In this document: piece by piece, positions 63,960 to 64,000 of the stretch
Layout of the letters: each line of letters opens with the position of its first letter
How positions within the stretch are numbered: the first letter of the stretch is position 1
DNA from: a virus
Length of the DNA stretch: 64,000 nucleotides
Direction: 5' to 3' (one strand)
IMG/VR virus record: IMGVR_UViG_3300043172_001413
The notes under the pieces: generated by a model
Database searches by the model: none
Told to the model about the DNA's origin: nothing
Seen by the model: the letters and a program-made list of their open reading frames with translations, nothing else
Program-made: the position numbers and the translations under genes

Positions 63960-64000
63960 ACCAATTTTTTCTTTATAGAGACTTCGATACTGACTTTCAA

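Overview
This 64-kb window is a gene-dense accessory region of about 37-40% GC that looks phage-like (a jumbo or megaphage, or a large mobile element), not a core bacterial chromosome. Expression signals are bacterial: sigma70-like promoters, intrinsic terminators and AGGAG-type ribosome-binding sites. The standard genetic code appears to apply.

Three things stand out.

- tRNA genes: I count about 30 tRNA genes, all on the + strand. There is a 16-gene array at 536-2939 that includes all four Ser isoacceptors and three Lys genes. More tRNAs sit singly or in small clusters at 4.1, 7.7, 9.7, 10.9-11.7, 12.2 and 21.5-23.8 kb. Two tRNA genes are split by group I introns. One intron carries an HNH homing-endonuclease ORF. 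The other is a 197-nt intron similar to the Azoarcus tRNA intron, and a free-standing HNH gene lies just upstream of it. At least five HNH endonuclease genes, plus one gene-fragment remnant, are scattered through the window.

- A metabolic and membrane island at about 26-48 kb. It encodes a complete Preiss-Handler NAD+ salvage route: PncA, PncB, a MazG-NadD fusion and NadE. A NADAR-domain protein lies upstream at 5.2 kb, and a 2H phosphoesterase and an RRM protein lie downstream near 58 kb. The same island holds split CoaC and CoaB genes with an acyl carrier protein. It holds a full-length major vault protein (MVP) homolog, next to a 470-nt GC-richer ORF-free segment that is a candidate ncRNA. 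It also holds a TerY-P-like triad (vWA protein, PP2C-like phosphatase, Ser/Thr-kinase-like protein) with an embedded SPFH/flotillin-like protein, a PspA/IM30-like protein and a prokaryotic iGluR-like ion channel. I read this as a candidate undescribed vault-like and NAD+-reconstitution locus.

- The last third of the window (48-64 kb, mostly the - strand) carries a four-member paralogous family with a conserved roughly 120-aa C-terminal domain and variable N-termini, several repeat elements, a SAM-dependent methyltransferase and a GT9-like glycosyltransferase.

Most other ORFs are small hypotheticals. No integrase, capsid, terminase or rRNA gene is visible in this window.
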